Virus record (IMG/VR): IMGVR_UViG_3300013426_000006 | Strand: one strand, 5' to 3' | Source of the DNA: a virus | Length of the DNA: 52,908 nt | Part shown: piece by piece, positions 16,330-24,682 of the stretch | How the letters are laid out: each line of letters begins with the position of its first letter | Position numbering within the stretch: position 1 is the first letter of the stretch | Made by a program: the position numbers and the translations under genes | The notes under the pieces: generated by a model | Database searches by the model: none | What the model was told of the DNA's origin: nothing | What the model saw: only the letters and a program-made list of their open reading frames with translations

Positions 16330-16498
16330 CATTTAAGAAGTTGAAAAGGCCATTAGAGAATATTTCAAGGAGCAGATTGGCAAGAGAATGACTGATGAGT
16401 GGTCGATATGTGAATATAATGCAGATTTGCAGGATATAATGGCGCATAAAATACCTACTGTATTTGACATTATATAAATTATAAAGGGGGTAAAGCGA

Positions 16499-17239
16499 AT
16501 GGAAATGGTTGATAAATTAAAAAGGATACGTGAGAACGCAAGCCGAAATTTTAAGCCAGACTATAAATGTCCTATATGTAAAGATGCGCATTTAATAATG
16601 GTTAAGGACGAAACCGGACATAAAGTTGCAAGAGAATGCGAGTGTATGGCTAATACCACTTATAAAAGACTTTTAAGGGCAAGTGGAATTGATGAGAAAG
16701 ATGTAAATGTAAAATTTACTGATTTTAAAACTTTTGAAGAAATTGAGCTTAAATTTGCTAAATCAACATCTGCTAAGTATTGTCAATCTTTCAGAATGCA
16801 AAGATATCAAAAAAACAACAGTTTGCTGCTTACAGGACTTCCAGGAAGAGGTAAGACAATGTTAGGATTTTGCGTGTCTAATAGTTTAATAAAAGATGGC
16901 ATTCCGGTTATGTACACAAGCTACAGAGATGTAATTACAAGATTGAAGCAAAATATTACTGATGGGGAGGAGTATTCAGAAGAAATTAAACGAATGAAAA
17001 CTGTTGATGTGTTGTTTGTTGATGATTTATTTAAGGGCAAAATTACAGAGAGCGACATAAATATTATGTATGAGCTTATAAATCACAGATATTTGAAACG
17101 TTTGCCGATGGTTGTTTCTACAGAAAAATATCCGAAAGATTTACTTGCAATTGATGAAGCACTCGGAAGCAGAATTATTGAAATGTCAAAGGGGTATGTG
17201 GTTGAGTTCAAGGAAAGTGGGAATTACAGGTTAAGGTAA
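16499..17239 (+). CDS. DnaC/IstB-like AAA+ helicase loader
   Basis: Walker A GLPGRGKTML, Walker B VDVLFVDDL, N-terminal CPICKD...CEC zinc motif. Confidence 0.8.
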   Translation: MEMVDKLKRIRENASRNFKPDYKCPICKDAHLIMVKDETGHKVARECECMANTTYKRLLRASGIDEKDVNVKFTDFKTFEEIELKFAKSTSAKYCQSFRMQRYQKNNSLLLTGLPGRGKTMLGFCVSNSLIKDGIPVMYTSYRDVITRLKQNITDGEEYSEEIKRMKTVDVLFVDDLFKGKITESDINIMYELINHRYLKRLPMVVSTEKYPKDLLAIDEALGSRIIEMSKGYVVEFKESGNYRLR

Positions 17240-17306
17240 TTATACAAGAAAGGAGGCAGATAGATTTGTCCGGACAATAAATCGCGATTTGCTATCCTTT
17301 TTGGTT

Positions 17307-17903
17307 ATGAAAAAAGAAACATATGACTACAGGAAAGGTCATGGGTTATGCGTAAGGTGTCAAACCCCAACAAACGGAACTGTACTTTGTGAAGATTGCA
17401 AAAGAAAAGATAAAGAGAGAAAAAAGAAGAATAGAGAATATGCATTAAAATCCCATATATGCCCTCGGTGTGGAAAAAATAAAGTTGTTGTTGGAGTTTC
17501 ATGTATGGATTGCCTTGAGAGACAGGCAGAATATAGAGAACGAAACAAAGAAGAAATAAACCGAAAACAAAATATTACATATAAATCCAAGTATGCAGAA
17601 TTAAAAAAGAATGGTATATGTACAAAGTGTAGAAAAAGAAAAGCCAGAACCAATAAAACAATGTGTGATATATGTTTAGCTTCAAAGAGGGAATATAGAA
17701 ACAATCATTATAAAGATGATTTAGACAGAAACGAAAGACCGGCTTACGGATTTTGCTATTTCTGTGGTGAAAGACTTGATGGAACTTGGCAAATATGTAG
17801 CAAATGCAGAGAACGATGTATAAACAATCTTCCCAAAGAACATCACAAGATATCTTACTGGGATAAAGATAATAAAATTGCTTTTATAAAAAAGGCAAAA
17901 TAA
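17307..17903 (+). CDS. hypothetical protein with four CxxC-CxxC zinc-ribbon modules
   Basis: Repeated CxxC pairs separated by basic helices. Weak RBS. Confidence 0.5.
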   Translation: MKKETYDYRKGHGLCVRCQTPTNGTVLCEDCKRKDKERKKKNREYALKSHICPRCGKNKVVVGVSCMDCLERQAEYRERNKEEINRKQNITYKSKYAELKKNGICTKCRKRKARTNKTMCDICLASKREYRNNHYKDDLDRNERPAYGFCYFCGERLDGTWQICSKCRERCINNLPKEHHKISYWDKDNKIAFIKKAK

Positions 17904-17918
17904 AAAGGAGAATGGCTT

Positions 17919-18326
17919 ATGAAGTTTTCGCAACTTACTAAGCCAAAACTTGATAAAATCATAAAATATGCCAATTTTACATCTGATGAGGAGCAGATAC
18001 TTGTTTTATTATCTAAAGATAAAAATTCAGAACAGATATGTCAACAACTATTGATATCTAAAGCTACATTGTCAAGAAGAATTAAAAACATAAAATATAA
18101 AATAAAGGAGATAAGTGGAGAAATGATTAGTGATAAAATACCAATTTGGGAAAAAGTAACTTTAACCATAGAGGAAGCTGCTGAATATAGCAACATTGGC
18201 ATTAATCGCATATGCAAGATGGCTAACGAGCCGGGATGCCCATTTGTTTTATACGTTGGTAAAGGCAAAAAGCTTATTAAACGCAAAGAGTTTGAAAAAT
18301 TTATTGATAAAACAAGTGGAATATAA
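17919..18326 (+). CDS. DNA-binding protein with sigma-70 region-4-like HTH plus excisionase-type HTH (putative Xis/RDF)
   Basis: EQICQQLLISKATLSRRIKNI and LTIEEAAEYSNIGINRI. Lies directly upstream of the integrase. Confidence 0.5.
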   Translation: MKFSQLTKPKLDKIIKYANFTSDEEQILVLLSKDKNSEQICQQLLISKATLSRRIKNIKYKIKEISGEMISDKIPIWEKVTLTIEEAAEYSNIGINRICKMANEPGCPFVLYVGKGKKLIKRKEFEKFIDKTSGI

Positions 18327-18341
18327 ACTTATTGAAAACAA

Positions 18342-18386
18342 AGCCATTGTATAGTAAAATAACAAATGTGCAATGGCTCTTTTTTT
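18342..18386 (+). terminator. hairpin plus T-run between the xis-like gene and int
   Basis: AGCCATTG...CAATGGCT followed by CTTTTTTT. Confidence 0.5.
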
Positions 18387-18406
18387 GAAAGGAGCATAAA
18401 ATAAAA

Positions 18407-19606
18407 ATGGGAAAGGATTTAAAAGGCAAAGAATTAGGCAATGGAATTTCTCAAAGAAAAAATGGAAAATATTGTGCGAGATACATTGATAGATTTGGCA
18501 AAAGAGTAAGCATTTATGATAGCAAACTAACAGACATTCGTAAAAAGCTGGCTCTTGCTGTTGCCGAAAATGAAACATTTACAAGCATAAAGGATAACAT
18601 AAAACTTGATGAATGGTTTGTAAAATGGGTAGAAGTGTATAAAAAGAAAAGTGTGCGTCCTAGTACACTCAGGACGTACACATATATTTACAATAAAAAT
18701 ATATCACCTTTTCTTGGAAATTTCAACATTAATTCAATAACAAAAAGCGAAGTGCAAAATTTGATTTCTAAAGCTGATGACTTTGGATATGGTTATGAGC
18801 GGCAACAAAAGATTAAAAATATCTTATCAGATATGTTTTCAAGGGCTATGGATGATGAGCTTATGCTTAAAAATCCTGCAAGGAATGTAAAAATATACGC
18901 AAAAAAGAATCTAACTGCTAAATCACTTTCAAAAGACGAACAGGAAACCTTTTTTGAGTGTTCTGCAGGAACCTTTTACGACAATCTTTTTAATGTTGCT
19001 GTAAATACCGGATTAAGGCCAGGTGAATTATTTGCACTTACGGAAAATGATGTAAACTTTGAAGATAATTACATTGAAGTCAATAAGACACTTGTGTATC
19101 AAAAATATCTTGATGATGATTGCAAAACGTTTCATATAGGGCCACCTAAAACAGAACAAAGCAACAGAAAAGTGCCGATGAACTCGCAATGCAAAAAATA
19201 CATTCAAAAGCAAATTATGCAAAAGAAAGTTGTTGAATCAAAAAATCCTAATAGAAAAAGTCAATTTCTTTTTACAACTAAATTCAATACTCCACTTAAT
19301 TCTGTATTGTATAGTGCAGCAATCAAATCTGTTGTTGAAATTATTAACCAGACTAGAGATGCCAGCGATAGGATGGAAGTGTTTAACGGGCATACTTTTA
19401 GACACACTTTCGCAACAAGGTGTTTTGAATCAGGAGTGGAGCCTAAAGTAGTTCAATCATATTTAGGTCATGCAACATTAAGTATGACTATGGATTTATA
19501 TACTCATGTTATGCCTACAAAGTTAAATAATGACATTGAGCGTATTGTTTCCAAGTGTGATAACATTGTTGAATTTAGAAAAAAGCGTGGTGTAAGCGTG
19601 GTGTAA
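18407..19606 (+). CDS. int: tyrosine site-specific integrase
   Basis: RPGELFALT, HTFRHTFATRCFESGV, LGHATLSMTMDLYTHV (R..HxxR..Y). Confidence 0.92.
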   Translation: MGKDLKGKELGNGISQRKNGKYCARYIDRFGKRVSIYDSKLTDIRKKLALAVAENETFTSIKDNIKLDEWFVKWVEVYKKKSVRPSTLRTYTYIYNKNISPFLGNFNINSITKSEVQNLISKADDFGYGYERQQKIKNILSDMFSRAMDDELMLKNPARNVKIYAKKNLTAKSLSKDEQETFFECSAGTFYDNLFNVAVNTGLRPGELFALTENDVNFEDNYIEVNKTLVYQKYLDDDCKTFHIGPPKTEQSNRKVPMNSQCKKYIQKQIMQKKVVESKNPNRKSQFLFTTKFNTPLNSVLYSAAIKSVVEIINQTRDASDRMEVFNGHTFRHTFATRCFESGVEPKVVQSYLGHATLSMTMDLYTHVMPTKLNNDIERIVSKCDNIVEFRKKRGVSVV

Positions 19607-19857
19607 AAATGTTAGAAATACGCCATTTAGGTATGAAAAATGTACGATAATACGTTATTTTTGAAGGTAATCTGTATGATTTTTAATATACGCAGAAGAT
19701 TAACCAGATTACTTTTTATAACTTAACAAAAATATAGAAAATGCACGCATATGCGTATGTTTCTAGTAATTTTAAAATTATAAAATTCTATAAAATTTCA
19801 TGTATTTTAATACCGAAATGGTGTAGAAATGGTGTACACAAATAGAAATGTGGCGTA
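19584..19857. repeat. putative attP region with TGGTGTA-containing arm-type repeats
   Basis: AGCGTGGTGTA x2 tandem (19584-19605). GAAATGGTGTA x2 tandem (19815-19836). GAAATGTGGCGTA (19846). 12-nt palindrome ACGCATATGCGT (19745-19756). AT-rich and non-coding. Confidence 0.5.
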
Positions 19858-19965
19858 TAGCAAAAAATTTAATATGAGCCATTGCATGACAAAAATATGA
19901 GAAGAAATTGATAATATTCTTCTCTTTTTTTATGTTAAAATTTAAATGCAAGGAGGATGAGGCTT

Positions 19966-20124
19966 ATGTTTTCTGATGAAATTTTAACAAAAATTTTTTC
20001 AAGAAAAGAAATTCAAAAATTTGATTTGCAGACGCAATCAGAAATTGTCCATACGATAGAAGATGTTTTAGAGGAGGTCAATCAAAATGCAGATAAATCC
20101 GTATCAGATACCACAGGTGAATAA
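19966..20124 (+). CDS. small hypothetical protein (52 aa; below the ORF-track cutoff)
   Basis: AGGAGG lies 9 nt upstream of ATG 19966. Confidence 0.45.
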   Translation: MFSDEILTKIFSRKEIQKFDLQTQSEIVHTIEDVLEEVNQNADKSVSDTTGE

Positions 20125-20566
20125 TTATATGCCACAGTATCAATCATATCAACAGGCATATAACCCTATGCAGAACATTCAGAGGTTCCAGCAACCACAG
20201 CAAGAACAGATGCAACAGGGTATCTTTGGTAAAGTTGTGCAATCTCAAGATTCCATAGTAGCAAATGATGTACCTATGAATGGAAGTGTTGCATTTTTCC
20301 CTAAGAGCGACTTATCGGAGATTTATGCAAAACAATGGAGTGCAGACGGAACAATCTCTACAATGGTTTTTAAGCCACTTCAAAATGATAACCCTAACAA
20401 GTCATCACAAGACACAGAAAAATTGAAAATAGGGCTATCAGACGAAGCTACAGAGATATTTAACAAGCACTTCGATACCTTGTTTTCAAAAATAGAAGAA
20501 CTTGAAAAGAAAATCGACGAAAAATCTTTGACTAAGACTGCAAGAACAAAAGTTAGTCAAGAATAG
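20087..20566 (+). CDS. hypothetical protein with Q/N/Y/P-rich N-terminus
   Basis: GAGGAGG upstream. First 45 aa are dominated by Q, N, Y and P. Confidence 0.6.
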   Translation: MQINPYQIPQVNNYMPQYQSYQQAYNPMQNIQRFQQPQQEQMQQGIFGKVVQSQDSIVANDVPMNGSVAFFPKSDLSEIYAKQWSADGTISTMVFKPLQNDNPNKSSQDTEKLKIGLSDEATEIFNKHFDTLFSKIEELEKKIDEKSLTKTARTKVSQE

Positions 20567-20609
20567 TCTAAGAATAGTCTAAGAATAGTCTAAGAATAGT
20601 CTAAGAATA
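20554..20609 (+). repeat. 11-nt tandem repeat AAGAATAGTCT, about 4.6 copies
   Basis: Perfect units at 20559, 20570, 20581 and 20592, with partial units at both ends. The tract spans the upstream stop codon and the intergenic region. Confidence 0.95.
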
Positions 20610-20623
20610 AGGATGGTGGTTTT

Positions 20624-20842
20624 ATGAATTTTTTTCAATCATTTAGAAGTCCACAACAGTTTTTGCAGAGCATGATAGGAAATAGTCAAGTCATGCAAAA
20701 CCCGATGGCTAAAAATGCTATCGGAATGGCACAAAGCGGAGATATGAAAGGTATAGAGCAGATGGCGCGTAATTTGTGCCAAGAAAAAGGAATAAACCCG
20801 GATGAAATGATAAATCAGATAAAAAGCAGAATGGGTATGTAA
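20624..20842 (+). CDS. hypothetical protein (72 aa, Q/M-rich)
   Basis: AAGGATGGTGG upstream. Confidence 0.55.
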   Translation: MNFFQSFRSPQQFLQSMIGNSQVMQNPMAKNAIGMAQSGDMKGIEQMARNLCQEKGINPDEMINQIKSRMGM

Positions 20843-20912
20843 CAGCATATTAGAGGTTTGTGCACAATACCTGGGTGACCTCTTTATGAATAAATTTTTG
20901 GAGGTATCTAAT

Positions 20913-21740
20913 ATGTTTAGTTCAAACTGTAACACAGCGTCGGTTCCGCTTGTAGCGAATATCGACGGAAATGGAAACAACGGATGGGGTGCTGATGGTG
21001 GCTGGCTCTGGATTATCGTTGTATTTGCATTACTCTTCGGATGGGGCAATGGTGGATTTGGAGGTTTAGGAGGCAACAATGGTGGCGGCTATGTTGCAAC
21101 AGCGGCTACACAGGCAGACATTCAGCGTGGATTTGATAATTCCGCAATTATCAGCAAACTTGATGGAATCACAAACGGATTGTGTGATGGATTCTATGCT
21201 GTAAACAACAGTATGCTCACGGGATTTAACGGAATCAACACAAATATCATGCAAACCGGCTATGGCATCCAGCAGGCTATTAACGTTGATACAATTGCAA
21301 ATATGCAGAACACAAACGCATTGCAGTCACAGCTTGCAAACTGCTGCTGTGAAACTCGTGAAGCTATACAAGGAGTTAATTACAACTTAGCAACTAATAC
21401 TTGTGCTTTACAGAACACAATGAATAATAATACAAGAGATATTATTGACAGTCAAAATGCCGGCTTTAGAAGCATCTTAGACTACTTATGTCAAGACAAG
21501 ATTGCTACTCTTACGGCAGAGAACAACGATCTTAGACGTGCTGCTTCACAGGATAGACAGAATGCACTTCTGACTACGGCAATGACAGCACAGACAAGCC
21601 AGATTCTTGATGCTGTAAGACCGACACCAGTTCCAGCTTATCCAGCCGCTTCCCCTTGCGGACTTGGTAACTGGTCTCCAAGCGTGTTAGCAAACGGATA
21701 TAACACCTGTTGCGGTTGTAACACAGGATGCGGATGCTAA
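20913..21740 (+). CDS. hypothetical G/N/C-rich membrane-associated protein
   Basis: GGAGG lies 8 nt upstream of ATG 20913. Segment GNGNNGWGADGGWLWIIVVFALLFGWGNGGFGGLGGNNGGG. CCCE in the middle; C-terminus CCGCNTGCGC. Confidence 0.6.
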   Translation: MFSSNCNTASVPLVANIDGNGNNGWGADGGWLWIIVVFALLFGWGNGGFGGLGGNNGGGYVATAATQADIQRGFDNSAIISKLDGITNGLCDGFYAVNNSMLTGFNGINTNIMQTGYGIQQAINVDTIANMQNTNALQSQLANCCCETREAIQGVNYNLATNTCALQNTMNNNTRDIIDSQNAGFRSILDYLCQDKIATLTAENNDLRRAASQDRQNALLTTAMTAQTSQILDAVRPTPVPAYPAASPCGLGNWSPSVLANGYNTCCGCNTGCGC

Positions 21741-21834
21741 TTACAACAGAATAATTGAGTATCTTAATTGGGTTTAACTCGATTTTAACCGATTAAACAT
21801 GATTATGTCTGCTATGCAGTATTACTTATAACAC

Positions 21835-21867
21835 AAGGGCAGACTATAATGTTTGCCCTTATTTTTT
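21835..21867 (+). terminator. rho-independent terminator
   Basis: AAGGGCA...TGCCCTT followed by ATTTTTT. Confidence 0.65.
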
Positions 21868-21886
21868 GAAAGAGAGGTAAATAAAA

Positions 21887-22309
21887 ATGGCAGAATTTAC
21901 AGGAATTGCATTACAAACTGTTGCGGCCGGAGAAGATGTTGCATTAACAGAAACACCGGTATGTGGAAGTAAATGCATTGTTCATAGACAGGGAAGCGGA
22001 ATTGTCAAGTTGAGAGGAATTACAAATCAGTGCAGAGCTAGATTCCTTGCATCATATTCCGGCAACATTCAGATTCCAACAGGTGGAACAGTAGAAGCTA
22101 TTTCACTTGCGCTTGCAGTTGACGGAGAACCTTTGCAGTCAACAAGAATGGTTGTAACACCGGCGGCGGCTGAAAATCTGTTTAACGTATCAGCCCAGGT
22201 CTATATTGATGTACCTTGCGGATGCTGTAGCACAGTAGCGGTACAGAATACATCTACACAAGCTATTGAAGTCCAGAACAGCAATTTAATTGTTGTTCGT
22301 GAAGCGTAG
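21887..22309 (+). CDS. small beta-rich protein, possibly BclA-C/C1q-like fold
   Basis: Alternating hydrophobic beta pattern, CGCC, ending NSNLIVVREA. The fold assignment rests on pattern resemblance only. Confidence 0.35.
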   Translation: MAEFTGIALQTVAAGEDVALTETPVCGSKCIVHRQGSGIVKLRGITNQCRARFLASYSGNIQIPTGGTVEAISLALAVDGEPLQSTRMVVTPAAAENLFNVSAQVYIDVPCGCCSTVAVQNTSTQAIEVQNSNLIVVREA

Positions 22310-22321
22310 GAGGTGGTTCGT

Positions 22322-22969
22322 ATGCATGAGTTCGCAAAGAAAATTATGGAGTGCGTAAAGGCAAATGCTGAAGCTATCGGAATTGATAACTTTAGCGGGC
22401 AAAATCTTGACGATTTAAAAGACTGGACGGAGATTGCAAAGAACATTGTCTGCTACGATAAGGACTACAAAATTGTGGAAGCAATGAAGAAGTCGGAAGA
22501 TGAAGAAGAAATAATGCGAAAGATAGAGAAGTATGAAGATTATCCAGAGCGAAGATATTACGATCACTACAGATATGCAGATGGAAGATTCGCACCAAAG
22601 GGACACGGGGAATATCAGCGCGGATATATGGAGCCTGTTTATCGCATGACGCCAGAAATGTATCGTGACATGGATCGAGAAACCAGAGGTCGTATGCACT
22701 ATACCGAGACAGGCATCCACGATGGCGGGACCGGTATGCACGATGTAAGAATGAGCGAAAGCAATTATGATCGTGCAAAGCGTAATTACACGGAGACAAA
22801 GGAAATGCACCGCGCAAATACGCCGCAGGACAAAGAAGCGAAGATGCGTGACCTTGAAAAGTACATGAAGGAGCTTTCAGCAGACATTACCGATTTAATG
22901 TCCGGTATGTCACAGGAAGAAATGAACATGGCAAAATCAAAACTCACGACACTTGTAAGCAAGATGTAA
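22322..22969 (+). CDS. hypothetical charged Y/R/M/E-rich protein
   Basis: AGGAGG lies 8 nt upstream of ATG 22322. Confidence 0.55.
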   Translation: MHEFAKKIMECVKANAEAIGIDNFSGQNLDDLKDWTEIAKNIVCYDKDYKIVEAMKKSEDEEEIMRKIEKYEDYPERRYYDHYRYADGRFAPKGHGEYQRGYMEPVYRMTPEMYRDMDRETRGRMHYTETGIHDGGTGMHDVRMSESNYDRAKRNYTETKEMHRANTPQDKEAKMRDLEKYMKELSADITDLMSGMSQEEMNMAKSKLTTLVSKM

Positions 22970-23021
22970 TTTATATGGGCTATGGGTGTAATGCTCATAG
23001 CCTTATTTGAGGTATATAAAC

Positions 23022-23348
23022 ATGGTATTTACAATAAATGGAGAAAATTGGATATTGCAATTTGTACGTTCGAACAGTGAAGAATTGCGGCGGTCGGATG
23101 GCGTATATACATTAGGCGTTACCGACGACAATACTAAGACGGTTAGCATCGCAAGAGGTATGTCTGATTATATGACAAACAAGGTTCTATGCCATGAATT
23201 GGTGCATTGCTATTCGTTCTCTTACGACTGCCATATTGATATGCAGACAGAGGAAATAATAGCAGATTTTATGTCGCTATATGGCAGGGACATTATATAC
23301 CTTGCTGATGATATTTTACACAATGTATTGGAGAGAAGATATGGATAA
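23022..23348 (+). CDS. small HExxH metallopeptidase-like protein
   Basis: VLCHELVHCYSF. Confidence 0.45.
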   Translation: MVFTINGENWILQFVRSNSEELRRSDGVYTLGVTDDNTKTVSIARGMSDYMTNKVLCHELVHCYSFSYDCHIDMQTEEIIADFMSLYGRDIIYLADDILHNVLERRYG

Positions 23349-23496
23349 GATAGATGAAATTCTTGAATATGTGCGCCGGACAAACCCGGAAATGACACGT
23401 GATAAGTTGATAGAAGAATTAGGGAAGTGTGAGTATTCTGCAAGAGCTTTAATTTTTGGTTTTCAGAATGTTGTGGATGGTTCTACGAGGATTTGA
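23341..23496 (+). CDS. small hypothetical protein (51 aa)
   Basis: GGAGAG lies 6 nt upstream of ATG 23341. Overlaps the upstream stop. Confidence 0.4.
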   Translation: MDKIDEILEYVRRTNPEMTRDKLIEELGKCEYSARALIFGFQNVVDGSTRI

Positions 23497-23632
23497 TATC
23501 CCCCTATGTTACTTGAAATTACAGTGATTAAAGAAAAATAATTTTCAGAATTTTTTCAAAAAATTTTCGATTTTCTAAATTTTGCCCTGGCAGGATTTGA
23601 ACCCCCCCTATGTTTCCTAAATATTCCCACGA
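23488..23632. repeat. two copies of AGGATTTGA-N3-CCCCC-TATGTT, 104 nt apart; the second is preceded by TGCCCTGGC
   Basis: Copies at 23488-23510 and 23592-23614. The reverse complement of 23583-23608 reads GGTTCAAATCCTGCCAGGGCA, which looks like the T-loop-to-acceptor 3' end of a tRNA. Confidence 0.7.
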
Positions 23633-23699
23633 CCATCAAAAATTTTTTTCGCAGATTTCACACAGAAATTTCGCGATTTCACAATTTCAACGCCTGTTT

Positions 23700-23910
23700 T
23701 TCTGATCTTCCCCGGTCGGCTGATCTTGGGTGATCCATTCCGGGACCTGTGCGGCGTGTGCTGATCCTTTGCGCTGATCTATTGCGGATCGTCGGCATAT
23801 TGCACAAATGCCGGATAGATCGTTGCGCCTGTTTGGTCGTCCTGATCTTCCGCCATGCTCCGGTGATTAAATACCGGGCGCACTTGTCCGAGTGCCTTTC
23901 TGCTGATCTT
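23700..23910. other. GC-rich non-coding island with 9 GATC sites (6 as CTGATC[T/C])
   Basis: GATC at 23704, 23722, 23732, 23763, 23776, 23787, 23818, 23844 and 23905. No RBS-preceded ORF. Confidence 0.85.
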
Positions 23911-24297
23911 GGCCGGGCGTGGTTGCAGAATTTCAAAGCGTGCAAATTAAACACTGCCGCAAGCTAATTTCTGCGCGTGTGAACGCGTAGAACGCCAACA
24001 GAGCCACGCGCAAACCATACAAGGTATATAAATGCACCTGTAGATATAATTAAGGCTATAATATGCCTAGATTGTCAAATTGTCAAGGTACGCAAAAAGG
24101 GCAGTATATGCCCTATAAGAATTTCCGGCACTTGTCAATTACAGAAGTAATAGCTCCGGCTTTGCTGATTTTCAAAATATCTCTATTTTTTCATCGCGGA
24201 GAATCCGCAACCATTCCAGTAGATCGGCGCGACTATTCGCATAGTTTGCGCACTTTTCGCCGTCGTATATAATCATGTATATCATACTATCACCCCT

Positions 24298-24510
24298 TTA
24301 TTTAATATAAACCTCTTCAAGTTCTTCCAGATCGTCAACATGTACTATATAGCGTTTGATCTCTTTGTTTGTTGCTATATAGTTTTCCTTTGCCTGTGTT
24401 GGGTTCCGGAAAAGTGCTTCAACTTCGACCTTGCTTTTGCCGTCGTCCTGTGTCTTTCTGTCGATCATGTACACGATCGCCCATTTTGTGAATTTTGTAT
24501 AATCTTTCAT
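24298..24510 (-). CDS. hypothetical protein (70 aa)
   Basis: Minus-strand ORF with a divergent TTGACT-17-TATAGT promoter on the minus strand at 24550-24590. Confidence 0.5.
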   Translation of the reverse strand: MKDYTKFTKWAIVYMIDRKTQDDGKSKVEVEALFRNPTQAKENYIATNKEIKRYIVHVDDLEELEEVYIK

Positions 24511-24561
24511 ATTGTTGTCCTCGCTTTCGTTTTGCGTTGTTTCTTAACTTGCCTTTACTAT

Positions 24562-24579
24562 ATCGCTTTCAAAAGTGAT
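24562..24579. promoter_or_regulatory. operator-like palindrome ATCGCTTTCAAAAGTGAT
   Basis: Sits between the -35 and -10 of the minus-strand promoter. Related to the palindrome at 24933-24950. Confidence 0.45.
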
Positions 24580-24682
24580 AGTCAAGTGTTTTTGTAACTT
24601 TTTTTAGTTATTTTTCTTGACTTTTGCGGCAGCATATTATAATATAGTAACCAAATAAATAACTACGGAAGGAGGGTACAAG

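Noticed and set aside
23679-23967. ORFs 23679..23954 (-) and 23749..23967 (+) in the GC-rich island
   Set aside because: They are mutually overlapping and have an Arg/Cys-rich composition typical of random ORFs in GC-rich DNA. Neither has an RBS.
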